Shown: positions 29,264 to 40,362 of the stretch, one piece after another
How the letters are laid out: every line of letters begins with the position of its first letter
Position numbering within the stretch: position 1 is the stretch's first letter
From: Escherichia phage BEU50
Direction: 5' to 3' (one strand)
Sequence record: OM632671.1
Length of the DNA: 64,000 bases
Notes under the pieces: model-generated
Database searches by the model: none
The model's input: only the letters and a program-made list of their open reading frames with translations
What the model was told of the DNA's origin: nothing
Made by a program: the position numbers and the translations under genes

Positions 29264-30073
29264 TTGAACTATAGAAAAATTTGGATAGATGCTAACGGAC
29301 CTATACCTAAAGATTCTGATGGAAGAACATACGAAATCCATCATAAAGACGGTAACCGTGAAAATAATGATTTAGATAATTTGATGTGCCTTTCTATACA
29401 GGAACATTATGATATACATTTAGCTCAAAAAGATTACCAGGCTTGTCATGCTATAAAGCTTAGAATGAAATATTCTCCTGAAGAAATTTCTGAATTAGCT
29501 TCTAAAGCCGCAAAATCTAGAGAAATCCAGATTTTTAATATCCCTGAAGTACGAGCTAAAAATATTGCCTCTATTAAATCTAAGATAGAAAATGGTACAT
29601 TTCATCTTTTAGATGGTGAAATACAGCGTAAATCTAATTTAAATAGAGTTGCATTAGGTATACATAATTTTCAACAAGCTGAGCATATTGCAAAAGTTAA
29701 AGAACGCAATATTGCAGCTATAAAAGAAGGTACTCATGTATTTTGCGGTGGTAAAATGCAGTCAGAAACTCAATCAAAACGGGTAAATGACGGTTCACAT
29801 CATTTCTTATCAGAAGACCATAAGAAAAGAACATCAGCAAAAACATTAGAAATGGTTAAGAACGGGACCCATCCTGCACAAAAAGAAATCACATGTGATT
29901 TTTGTGGTCACATTGGTAAAGGTCCTGGATTTTATCTAAAACATAATGACAGATGTAAATTAAATCCAAATAGAATTCAATTGAATTGTCCATATTGTGA
30001 TAAGAAAGATTTATCACCATCAACATATAAACGATGGCACGGCGACAATTGCAAAACAAGGTTCAACGACTAG
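29264..30073 (+). CDS. I-TevIII: HNH homing endonuclease, intron-encoded (I-TevIII-like, full length 269 aa)
   Basis: HNH motif HHKDGNRENNDLDNL plus C-terminal Cys4 zinc finger; TTG start codon in ORF track. Confidence 0.8.
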   Translation: MNYRKIWIDANGPIPKDSDGRTYEIHHKDGNRENNDLDNLMCLSIQEHYDIHLAQKDYQACHAIKLRMKYSPEEISELASKAAKSREIQIFNIPEVRAKNIASIKSKIENGTFHLLDGEIQRKSNLNRVALGIHNFQQAEHIAKVKERNIAAIKEGTHVFCGGKMQSETQSKRVNDGSHHFLSEDHKKRTSAKTLEMVKNGTHPAQKEITCDFCGHIGKGPGFYLKHNDRCKLNPNRIQLNCPYCDKKDLSPSTYKRWHGDNCKTRFND

Positions 30074-30208
30074 TCTTCGGACGTAGGGTCAAGCGACTCG
30101 AAATGGGGAGAATCCCTCCGGGATTGTGATATAGTCTGGACTGCATGGTAACATGCAGCAGTTCATAAGAGAACGGGTTGAGAATTAGCGAGCTCAATCG
30201 AACATACG

Positions 30209-30711
30209 GTACCTTTAACTTCCATAAAAATATGGAAATTATGGAAGGTAATGCAAAGATTATGAAGTTCATTGCTCGTGACGAACAACTCCACCTCAAG
30301 GGTACTCAGTACATTATCCGTCAACTTCAATCTGGTACTGATGGTGATGAGTGGGTTCAAATTGCTAAAGAATGTGAACAAGAAGCAGTTGACATTTTTA
30401 TGGAAGTAAATAGTCAAGAGAAGGAATGGGCTGCACACCTCTTTAAAGACGGTACATGTCCAGGTATCAATACGCAGAGTATGTGTGCTTTTGTTGATTA
30501 CTTGACTGTGTCTCGTATGAAACAGTGTGGTTTGCCATGCCCAATCACTGATGCTCCGACCAAGCATCCGTATCCTTGGATTCGTGAATATCTGAACTCT
30601 GATTTAGTTCAAGCCGCTCCTCAGGAAGTTGAAATCAGTTCTTATCTTGTCGCACAAATTGATAATGATGTAGACCAAAATGTAATCAATTCATACAAAA
30701 AATATTTCTAA
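30209..30711 (+). CDS. nrdB: ribonucleotide reductase small subunit, exon 2
   Basis: Begins GT-ACC-TTT (..CTFNFHKNMEIMEGNAKI); ORF-track 30178..30711 includes intron-derived leader. Confidence 0.8.
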
Positions 30712-30715
30712 GGAC

Positions 30716-30737
30716 GGGACTTCGGTCCCACTTTATT
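30716..30737 (+). terminator. stem-loop / weak terminator candidate
   Basis: GGGAC-TTCG-GTCCC hairpin then CTTTATT. Confidence 0.4.
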
Positions 30738-31148
30738 ATGAAAGATATTGCCGCCGAATATTCCTTTATTAAATATACAGAATTGGAGCTATTAGAAGAT
30801 GCAACAATTAAAACAGTTGATGTCCCTAATAAGAAAAATGTCATATACGCTATTGCTATAGATGACGAACTTGTGTATATTGGTAAAACCAAGAATTTAA
30901 AGAAACGCATTAACTATTATCGAACAGCCATAAATCGAAAAGACCAGACTTCAGATTCAAGAAAATCACTTATGATTTTGGATGCCTTAATGCAAGGCAA
31001 AAAGGTTGAATTCTGGGCCCGCCAATGTTTTGACCTTTCAGTCACCAACGAACTTGGTTCAATGACCATCGCAACAATGGACCTTGAAGAACCACTTTTT
31101 ATCAAAAAGTTCAACCCGCCTTGGAATATCCAACATAAGAAAAAGTAG
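30738..31148 (+). CDS. denA: endonuclease II (GIY-YIG family nicking endonuclease)
   Basis: 136 aa; VYIGKTKNLKKRINYY GIY-YIG core; matches T4 DenA. Confidence 0.85.
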   Translation: MKDIAAEYSFIKYTELELLEDATIKTVDVPNKKNVIYAIAIDDELVYIGKTKNLKKRINYYRTAINRKDQTSDSRKSLMILDALMQGKKVEFWARQCFDLSVTNELGSMTIATMDLEEPLFIKKFNPPWNIQHKKK

Positions 31149-31195
31149 TTTACATACCACAAGGATTGTGGTACAATTTAAAAAAAACTAACTGA

Positions 31196-32329
<1,134 letters not shown>

Positions 32330-32391
32330 TGGTTTACAAACACCAAGGAAGGTGTTACTATGGCTTTTATCAACAACACGAGGAGAAAATT

Positions 32392-32892
32392 ATGAATATG
32401 CAATTGATTACTAACGATATGGTCGTAACCGCTTTTGGAGACACAACTGACGGAATCCGGGTCTTTAAGAAAGGACGTCCAGTTGGTTATCTTACTGACC
32501 TACGTGTTACACTGGCCAAAAATCTTAAAAAGAAAGTAAAACAAAAAGAGTATTCAACCCGATACGCTGAAGAGAAACGCGAAGCGATGCCAGAAGCAGT
32601 TAATGCTATGGTAGAATTTCTTCAAAACAATTTGACTAAATATGACGCTAATGTGTTCATTAATATTAGTCAACCAAACGTACATATCGCAGGTATCAAA
32701 TTCTATATTATTTGCGACCCTCTTACCGACAAATTCAACCGTCTCGGAATCTCAAGCCCATATCATACAGCAGAAGAGTTGTGTGTATTGTTTGAATCAT
32801 ACAAAATCCAAACTGACGGGCCTAAAACAGTTCTTATCAATGGATTATCCCGAGACGAAATCATTGAGATTATTCAAACATGCTTAAAGTAA
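32392..32892 (+). CDS. alc: hypothetical protein, possibly Alc (host transcription inhibitor)
   Basis: 166 aa from ATG 32392 behind GAGGAGAAAA SD; assignment by position and size only. Confidence 0.45.
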   Translation: MNMQLITNDMVVTAFGDTTDGIRVFKKGRPVGYLTDLRVTLAKNLKKKVKQKEYSTRYAEEKREAMPEAVNAMVEFLQNNLTKYDANVFINISQPNVHIAGIKFYIICDPLTDKFNRLGISSPYHTAEELCVLFESYKIQTDGPKTVLINGLSRDEIIEIIQTCLK

Positions 32893-33236
32893 ATGCATCA
32901 TATATTGTAGTGGCAGCTTTTGCAGTTGTTGCTACTGTAACAATAGCATTTCTGAACCATAAAGTCGATTCGCTGAATACTGAATTGGCTTCTGTTAAAG
33001 AGACTGCTAAAAACAATGCTAAAGTATTAGACGACTTCAAGATTCAATATCAGTCAATCGAAGAAATGACTTATAAGAACCGTGTTTTAGTTGACCAACT
33101 TAAGGCTGAAAATGAAAAGCTCCGTAAGGATTCGAAGAAGAAGAACGTGGTGGCAAGTAAGCCAGGATTGGTCGAAAAACAAATCAACAGGTCCTTCGAT
33201 TCCTTTGCAGAAGACCTCAGGAAGCTCTCAGAATGA
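32880..33236 (+). CDS. hypothetical membrane-anchored coiled-coil protein (118 aa)
   Basis: Hydrophobic N-terminus then charged helical region. Confidence 0.5.
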   Translation: MLKVNASYIVVAAFAVVATVTIAFLNHKVDSLNTELASVKETAKNNAKVLDDFKIQYQSIEEMTYKNRVLVDQLKAENEKLRKDSKKKNVVASKPGLVEKQINRSFDSFAEDLRKLSE

Positions 33237-33523
33237 TTAAATTAACCGCAGTTGTATTATCTATTGGTCTCCTAGTTGGATGTACTCAGGATGTGCCAGT
33301 AAGCCCTAAAGAAACTTTACATCCTTCATGGCCTACGCCTATTTCCGAATACAACCAGAAATGGCAAGTAAAGGTTATTGATGGTAATCCGTGGGTTGGA
33401 ATGCCATTTGAAGACTCTCAAGAATTTCGTATCTGGTTAAACGACGTAAAAAGATATATACATGACCAGAAGACTATGTTATGTTATTATCGTAGTGGTT
33501 TAAAAGAGGAAAAATGCCAATGA
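33233..33523 (+). CDS. putative lipoprotein (96 aa)
   Basis: Lipobox-like LLVGC after hydrophobic signal. Confidence 0.55.
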   Translation: MIKLTAVVLSIGLLVGCTQDVPVSPKETLHPSWPTPISEYNQKWQVKVIDGNPWVGMPFEDSQEFRIWLNDVKRYIHDQKTMLCYYRSGLKEEKCQ

Positions 33524-33738
33524 CTAAAGAACAGCATGAATACATTAAAGGGCTTATCTATGAATCTGAAATGGCGGCTATGATTTATGGACGCCAGATT
33601 CAACGATTAGAATCTTTGCCTCCGACTAATGACCGCTTGTTAGTTCAGTCTCGTGCTAATCTGAAAAATGAATATCAGAATAAGTGGGCAGTAGCGACTA
33701 AAGCTCTTCATGAGTATATTGAATCTTTAGTAAAATAG
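33514..33738 (+). CDS. hypothetical protein (74 aa)
   Basis: ORF track. Confidence 0.5.
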   Translation: MPMTKEQHEYIKGLIYESEMAAMIYGRQIQRLESLPPTNDRLLVQSRANLKNEYQNKWAVATKALHEYIESLVK

Positions 33739-33768
33739 TTTACAAACTCTCGGGAGCAGAGTATAATG
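33738..33768 (+). promoter_or_regulatory. T4-type early promoter candidate
   Basis: GTTTAC then TATAAT at 33763-33768. Confidence 0.4.
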
Positions 33769-33795
33769 CTCCTATGGATAATTGAGGAAATCTAA

Positions 33796-34094
33796 ATGAA
33801 AACATTACTAGAGAATTACATCAAACGGTCTGATGAGTATATTGATATCTGCCGTGGAATGACACTTGTAGATTATGACAAAGATGCTGCAAAGGCACTA
33901 GATGAAGCAGGTAAAGCTCTTCGTAAAGCGGCTAAAGAAAAAGGGTTGGATTTGCAACAACTCAAAAGTCATATGATTAAATTTATTTCTTCAAACGTTA
34001 GAAGTACATCAATTAATAAAAACGTTGCTGAAATTAATAAAGACCGGCGCGAGCATAACATTCGTATTCTTGAAACTTTCTTAGGAATAAAATA

Positions 34095-34095
<1 letters not shown>
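33796..34095 (+). CDS. hypothetical protein (99 aa)
   Basis: ORF track. Confidence 0.5.
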
Positions 34096-35181
<1,086 letters not shown>

Positions 35182-35182
<1 letters not shown>

Positions 35183-35373
35183 TGAAACGATTATATGAAG
35201 TGATTGAGGCCATCGAACAACGTAAAGAATATTTGTTTGTAGCCTGGTCTTTAGTAAATGGACAGTTCGGTATTGATGTGCTGGACTATGAGCATGAAGA
35301 ACGTTTGGACGGCGGTATATTTGATAGCGTCGACCAGGCAATTGAATGGTTAAATGAAAACTATGTACGATAA
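35182..35373 (+). CDS. hypothetical protein (63 aa)
   Basis: ORF track. Confidence 0.45.
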
Positions 35374-35578
35374 ACATCATGAAATCGAAGATGAAGCATA
35401 CAAAATGCTTCGTAAACTAGTGGGTCTTAATATGAGTCCTACATTAATCAACAAACTCGCAGGAATTCGTAATGATCTGAATACTCGTTACAAAGGTGAA
35501 TATCATGTAGAGTTTGTTCCTGTAGGTGAACCAACCGAGCGATTTGTTGTTCGAGTTAAAGTAAATACTGTGCACTGA
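35354..35578 (+). CDS. hypothetical protein (74 aa)
   Basis: ORF track. Confidence 0.45.
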   Translation: MKTMYDKHHEIEDEAYKMLRKLVGLNMSPTLINKLAGIRNDLNTRYKGEYHVEFVPVGEPTERFVVRVKVNTVH

Positions 35579-35585
35579 GGTAATT

Positions 35586-35861
35586 ATGTTCCCAACTTAT
35601 TCTGAAATTGTAAAGGTAGTCTTCAGTCAGATTATTGCTAATAATATGTTTGAAGTGCTTGATAATGCAGCCGAACTCAGAGTTCATGCTCAAGTAACTC
35701 ATGTACTCAATGCTTTGCTCCCAGACCAAGTAGATTCTATTGCTATTACTCTTCTCCCTGGGTCTGCACACGTCATCGTGGTATTTGATCTTGACGGCGA
35801 TTTAGTTATCCAATGTGATATCAATTTCGGTACACAAAAAATTGAATGCAAAGCAATTTAA
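35586..35861 (+). CDS. hypothetical protein (91 aa)
   Basis: ORF track. Confidence 0.45.
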   Translation: MFPTYSEIVKVVFSQIIANNMFEVLDNAAELRVHAQVTHVLNALLPDQVDSIAITLLPGSAHVIVVFDLDGDLVIQCDINFGTQKIECKAI

Positions 35862-35863
35862 TG

Positions 35864-35893
35864 GTTTACAACATGGTAGAGTTGTGATACTAT
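35864..35893 (+). promoter_or_regulatory. T4-type early promoter candidate
   Basis: GTTTAC, 18-nt spacer, TACTAT; conserved leader ending GAGGAAAACAGAATG. Confidence 0.4.
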
Positions 35894-35922
35894 AACTCTA
35901 CCAACACAATGAGGAAAACAGA

Positions 35923-36159
35923 ATGCTAAGTGAAAACCCAATTACAGTACACGAATTTCAGATTAAAGTAAAAGAATTTGCTCAAGCACTCATCAATAAA
36001 GTGTCTGAACGTTTCCAGGATGCAACATTACGAGTTATTCAAGAATCTCCACGTTCTTTTCTCATAATCGTTAATCCTAAAGATGGTGACCAGATTACTA
36101 GCCTTAAATTAGGCAGTGATGGTCTTGTTGAAGCAACTCGAGTATATGGAACACTATAA
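35923..36159 (+). CDS. hypothetical protein (78 aa)
   Basis: ORF track. Confidence 0.45.
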   Translation: MLSENPITVHEFQIKVKEFAQALINKVSERFQDATLRVIQESPRSFLIIVNPKDGDQITSLKLGSDGLVEATRVYGTL

Positions 36160-36279
36160 TGAGAGCTATCTCATTACTATCGAGAATGGTCATAAATCTG
36201 AGCACTACCAACTTAGCCTGTCTAATCCGGTTAAAGGTATTGTTGAATCAGAATCTGTTTATATCTCCTAAGGATTGTT

Positions 36280-37272
36280 ATGTTACCTGTCGTCGGAAAA
36301 CTTATTTCTCCAAAAGAACTGGCTGAGATTATTCCTTTGTCGGAAGCTTACGCATCACAAGTGGCTTCTCATCGCGAACAAGTTAATTCGATTATGAACG
36401 GTGAAGACCCACGCAAACTTATTGTTGTAGGTCCTTGTTCAATTCATGACCCTATTGCTGCTGTTGAATACGGCAAACGTTTGGCTGAACTTCAAACTCG
36501 TCTTCCTAATGTTCTGTTAGTGATGCGCGTTTATTTTGAAAAGCCTCGAACTACCGTAGGTTGGAAAGGTCTTGTAAATGATCCATATCTTGACGGAAGT
36601 TTTGATATGAACCACGGTCTTATAGTTGCACGAACATTGTGTCGTAAACTTCTACGTATGGGACTTCCATTAGCAACTGAAGTATTAGACCCATTCACGA
36701 TTAAGTATCTTTCTGGTATTTTCTCATGGGTTGCTATTGGCGCCCGTACGACTGAAAGTCAGACACATCGTGAAATTGCTTCAGGTCTACCGATGTGCGT
36801 AGGCTTCAAGAACGCAACCAATGGTTCTATTAAAGTAGCTACAGACGCGATGTATAGTGCCGCCTGGCCTCATCGGTATATGGGTATGGACGTCGATGGT
36901 ACTGTAGGCATTGTTGAAGCTGAAGGTAATCAGAATACGCATATCGTATTGCGTGGCGGGACCAACGGCCCGAACTATCATTCTTCTGATATTCAAGAAG
37001 CTTCTAACAAAGCAAGTGCAGTAGGTCTGAATCATTATGTAATGGTTGACTGTAGCCATGCAAACGCTGCTGGGCATTATAGCAATCAAATTGGTATTGG
37101 TAAAAATTTAGCAGCTAATGATTTGGTCAAAGGAATTATGATAGAATCATTCCTACATGAAGGAAATCAAAAAATTTCTGATAATATGTCCTATGGCGTT
37201 TCCATTACCGATGCGTGCATCAGTTGGGAACAAACTAAAGAGCTGTTAACTTATATTAATAAGGTTCAATAA
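36280..37272 (+). CDS. 3-deoxy-D-arabino-heptulosonate 7-phosphate (DAHP) synthase, class I (AroG/AroF/AroH-like)
   Basis: Hallmark motifs VVGPCSIHD, EKPRTTVGWKG, GARTTESQ, DCSHAN, ESFLHEGNQ, SITDACI; about half of residues appear shared with E. coli AroG. Confidence 0.85.
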   Translation: MLPVVGKLISPKELAEIIPLSEAYASQVASHREQVNSIMNGEDPRKLIVVGPCSIHDPIAAVEYGKRLAELQTRLPNVLLVMRVYFEKPRTTVGWKGLVNDPYLDGSFDMNHGLIVARTLCRKLLRMGLPLATEVLDPFTIKYLSGIFSWVAIGARTTESQTHREIASGLPMCVGFKNATNGSIKVATDAMYSAAWPHRYMGMDVDGTVGIVEAEGNQNTHIVLRGGTNGPNYHSSDIQEASNKASAVGLNHYVMVDCSHANAAGHYSNQIGIGKNLAANDLVKGIMIESFLHEGNQKISDNMSYGVSITDACISWEQTKELLTYINKVQ

Positions 37273-37853
37273 TGAAAGCTAGCACATATCTTCAGATTGC
37301 TTATCTGATTTCTCAAGAATCAAAATGTTGTTCATGGAAAGTTGGCGCCGTCATTGAAAAAGATGGGCGCATTATTTCTACTGGGTATAACGGTAGCCCG
37401 GCCGGTGGTGTTAACTGTTGTGAACATGCATCCGAAAACGGTTGGTTGAAGAATAAACCAAGCCCGGTCATCGTTGCTGGGCATAAAGAAGGCACTACAG
37501 CATTTGGACGGGTGGATAATTTTGTTTTGGCTAAAGAACATCGGGCCGCTCATAGTGCATGGTCTGCTAATAACGAAATCCATGCGGAATTGAATGCAAT
37601 TTTGTTTGCAGCTCGTAAAGGTAATTCTATTGAAGGTGCTACGTTGTATACGACACTTTCTCCATGTCCTGATTGCACTAAAGCTATTACGCAGTCAGGT
37701 ATTAAAAAGGTTGTATACGCTGAGTTATATGACAGATCTCCTGAAAATTGGGCAGACATTCTAAAACAAGCCGGTATTGAAGTAATTCAGTACTCTCGTA
37801 ATAATCTTCGTTCTCTGAATTGGGAACAAATTCGAAACTTTTGTGGTGAATAA
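37272..37853 (+). CDS. cd: dCMP deaminase
   Basis: 193 aa; zinc-binding HAELNA and SPCPDC motifs; T4 Cd family. Confidence 0.9.
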   Translation: MKASTYLQIAYLISQESKCCSWKVGAVIEKDGRIISTGYNGSPAGGVNCCEHASENGWLKNKPSPVIVAGHKEGTTAFGRVDNFVLAKEHRAAHSAWSANNEIHAELNAILFAARKGNSIEGATLYTTLSPCPDCTKAITQSGIKKVVYAELYDRSPENWADILKQAGIEVIQYSRNNLRSLNWEQIRNFCGE

Positions 37854-37854
37854 T

Positions 37855-38151
37855 ATGATTTTAACTGAACAAGAAACTATGGTTCTTCGTGAACGTATTA
37901 AAACTATTCTGTCTGTAGGCGTTCATTGTGTTGTGTTTGAAAAGGCTAACGGTGATGTTCGTACGATGTTTGCTTCTCGTGATGAACTTGAAGTCAAATA
38001 TGAAAATAGTAACCCATCAACAGAAGTTCGTTCTGAACCTCGTGAATCAGTTCGAGCATTCGATACCGAGTTAGGTCAGTGGCGTTCTTTCCGCCTTGAT
38101 AAAGTAATTTCGGTTGATGGTACTCCGGTAGAACGTTTGCTTCTTATGTAA
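37855..38151 (+). CDS. hypothetical protein (98 aa)
   Basis: ORF-track frame 37843..38151 (GTG) trimmed to ATG overlapping cd stop. Confidence 0.45.
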   Translation: MILTEQETMVLRERIKTILSVGVHCVVFEKANGDVRTMFASRDELEVKYENSNPSTEVRSEPRESVRAFDTELGQWRSFRLDKVISVDGTPVERLLLM

Positions 38152-38152
38152 T

Positions 38153-38178
38153 ATGCTTTACGAATAGTATGGTATTAT
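38153..38178 (+). promoter_or_regulatory. MotA-type middle promoter candidate (gene 31)
   Basis: ATGCTTTA MotA box, 12-nt spacer, TATTAT -10. Confidence 0.45.
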
Positions 38179-38208
38179 TAATCTATCGTTAAACAACAAG
38201 GAAATAAG

Positions 38209-38541
38209 ATGTCTGAAGTACAACTCCCAATTCGTGCCGTTGGTGAATATGTCATTCTGGTTTCTGAACCCGCTCAAGCAGGTGATGAAGAAGTTACCGA
38301 ATCAGGACTTGTGATTGGTAAACGTGTTCAAGGTGAAGTTCCTGAACTATGTGTAGTTCATTCTGTAGGTCCTGATGTTCCTAAAGGTTTTGTTGAAGTC
38401 GGTGATTTGACTCCACTACCAGTTGGACAAATTCGAAATGTTCCACATCCATTTGTGGCTTTGGGACTTAAACAACCTAAAGAAATTAAACAGAAATTCG
38501 TAACATGCCACTATAAAGCTATTCCGTGTCTTTATAAGTGA
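38209..38541 (+). CDS. 31: co-chaperonin for GroEL (GroES-like) gp31
   Basis: 110 aa; matches T4 gp31 size and context. Confidence 0.85.
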   Translation: MSEVQLPIRAVGEYVILVSEPAQAGDEEVTESGLVIGKRVQGEVPELCVVHSVGPDVPKGFVEVGDLTPLPVGQIRNVPHPFVALGLKQPKEIKQKFVTCHYKAIPCLYK

Positions 38542-38665
38542 TATAAATAACTATATGAAGAGAACACTCTTCTAAGCGGTAGCCTACAACTGAGAGACTT
38601 GTCGAAAGAAGGTGAAATTCAGACGAACGTGGCTACTAAATATTATCTCGAATTGAGAATTTAAA

Positions 38666-38914
38666 ATGATTAAACAATTACAACACGCTCTTGAACTGCA
38701 ACGAAACGCATGGAATAACGGTCACGAAAACTACGGCGCGTCGATTGATGTTGAAGCCGAAGCACTGGAAATCCTGCGTTATTTCAAACATCTGAACCCG
38801 GTACAGGCAGCTTTGGCCTCTGAACTGGAAGCAAAAGATGAACTGAAATATGCTAAGCCTTTGGCTTCTGCGGCTCGTAAAGCAGTACGTCATTTTGTTA
38901 TTACCCTTAAATAA
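38666..38914 (+). CDS. rIII: hypothetical protein, possibly RIII lysis-inhibition accessory protein (82 aa)
   Basis: 82 aa, position next to gene 31 as in T4. Confidence 0.5.
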   Translation: MIKQLQHALELQRNAWNNGHENYGASIDVEAEALEILRYFKHLNPVQAALASELEAKDELKYAKPLASAARKAVRHFVITLK

Positions 38915-39208
38915 GTTTTAGGTGATTCGCTACCTTAGTGCGGCTAGAAAATCGAGGAGCCGTCGAACTGTCTGATTAATGATTTGCGAATCATTATAGT
39001 TTTAAGACCCCGGCAGTTTTACGGTGTACCTCTTGAATGTATTTTGTACTATCACGCGTCAGAAAAAGGTTATCTGTCTAAGTCGTGGTTGGTATGATGA
39101 CGGGTTTATGGTTATCCTGTCGTTAAATATCCAAAACCTATGTTCCCTTCGAGGGCTTGCGCAGGCAATGTCAATAAGTCCTGCATTTTCATTTAAAGAG
39201 AATTTATA

Positions 39209-39388
39209 ATGGCAAAACAAGCTAAAGCAAAGAAAGCAGTTGAAAAGAAAGTTGATGGTACCTCTAAACGCGCTGGATACAAGCGTGGGTCGAACTCTCG
39301 TATTAATCAAACAGTTGAGAAGATCATGCGCAGAGCACGTGCAGTTCTTCGAGATGATGCTTCTCGTTTTGGAAAGGTTATTGCATAA
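39209..39388 (+). CDS. small basic protein (59 aa)
   Basis: Not in ORF track; MAKQAKAKKAVEKK... Lys/Arg-rich; followed by terminator. Confidence 0.35.
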   Translation: MAKQAKAKKAVEKKVDGTSKRAGYKRGSNSRINQTVEKIMRRARAVLRDDASRFGKVIA

Positions 39389-39393
39389 TTTTA

Positions 39394-39418
39394 GGGAGAC
39401 TTCGGTCTCCCTTTTGTG
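39394..39418 (+). terminator. rho-independent terminator candidate
   Basis: GGGAGAC-TTCG-GTCTCCC hairpin then TTTTGTG. Confidence 0.6.
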
Positions 39419-39447
39419 CGTTTAGGGCAGAAAAAGTTTAAAAAGAT

Positions 39448-39476
39448 GTTTACTCTCCTGTAGGATGTGTTACTAT
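39448..39476 (+). promoter_or_regulatory. T4-type early promoter candidate
   Basis: GTTTAC, 17-nt spacer, TACTAT. Confidence 0.45.
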
Positions 39477-39518
39477 AGACTTGTACCATCTAATCAATAA
39501 AACAACCTGGAGAACAAA

Positions 39519-39887
39519 ATGAAAATCAATCTGAACTCATACATCAAATGTAAAGACCACGATGGTTATAAAGCTATCGAAATTAAAGAATTCCAGTGGA
39601 TGTTATACAAAGAGCAATTTGAGTTCGTAGGTTGTATGACCCCTGAAGGTCCTTCTGATGATTTCTCTTGGAAAATTGTGTTAGCAAACTTTTTCACAGG
39701 TGACACATACGAATTAAAAACTATTATTACCGGTAAAATTCGTTCAGAAACATATGTTGACGAAGAAACTGGTTACTCTGAAGATGTTACATGGTATCAA
39801 AATGGACGCATTACAGCAGATAACCTGATAGAAAAAATGAAAGCCAAAGGTGTTTTAAATTTAGACAATTGGATTAAAGTTGCATAA
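39519..39887 (+). CDS. hypothetical protein (122 aa)
   Basis: ORF track; SD GGAGAA. Confidence 0.5.
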   Translation: MKINLNSYIKCKDHDGYKAIEIKEFQWMLYKEQFEFVGCMTPEGPSDDFSWKIVLANFFTGDTYELKTIITGKIRSETYVDEETGYSEDVTWYQNGRITADNLIEKMKAKGVLNLDNWIKVA

Positions 39888-39892
39888 AACAG

Positions 39893-39920
39893 TTTACTTT
39901 GGTACAGGTTATGTTATTAT
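39893..39920 (+). promoter_or_regulatory. T4-type early promoter candidate
   Basis: GTTTAC, 16-nt spacer, TATTAT; leader near-identical to the 39448 cassette. Confidence 0.45.
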
Positions 39921-39961
39921 AGACCTGTACCAACAAACAACTTAAACATCTGGAGAATAAA

Positions 39962-40327
39962 ATGAACTACATCAACTTCGAACGTAAATATGTTTCTAAC
40001 GGTATCGCTGGTTCTTCTGAAGTTATTTGCTTATGGAAACACGAAAACGGTACAGTTTGTGAAATCGAACAGTGCATGACTCCTAATTACGTTTATATGC
40101 GATTTGAAAACGGTATCACGGTTTCAATCACGATGGAAGGTTCAAATTTTAAAATTGCATTAGATGATGATTTCCGTCAGCGTGATTTAGGTACTCATCC
40201 TTGCTGGAATGGTGTTAATCGTAAACTTCTGGTTAAAACTTGGATTCGTCATATCCTGAGTAACCGAGCTAAACCTGAACATCTCGAAGCAATCTTTGAT
40301 GTAGTTCTTAACGAATTTGATATCTAA
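39962..40327 (+). CDS. hypothetical protein (121 aa)
   Basis: ORF track. Confidence 0.5.
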   Translation: MNYINFERKYVSNGIAGSSEVICLWKHENGTVCEIEQCMTPNYVYMRFENGITVSITMEGSNFKIALDDDFRQRDLGTHPCWNGVNRKLLVKTWIRHILSNRAKPEHLEAIFDVVLNEFDI

Positions 40328-40362
40328 ATTAATTGGGAGCTTCGGCTCCCACTGAGGAAATT

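Larger units (their letters stand above)
29119..30208 (+). mobile_element. group I self-splicing intron in nrdB (1090 nt) carrying a homing endonuclease ORF
   Basis: Interrupts conserved R2 sequence between ...SFAC and TFNFHKNMEIMEGNAKI; exon 1 ends in T, intron ends in G. Confidence 0.8.

Noticed and set aside
36280-37272. DAHP synthase as bacterial contamination rather than phage DNA
   Set aside because: The gene is AT-rich like its neighbours, differs substantially from E. coli AroG in sequence, and is embedded with stop-start overlap between phage-type ORFs and dCMP deaminase.
40334-40350. GGGAGC-TTCG-GCTCCC hairpin as a terminator
   Set aside because: Strong stem-loop but no downstream T-run, and it sits within the likely leader of the 40363 gene; more probably an RNA stability or processing element.
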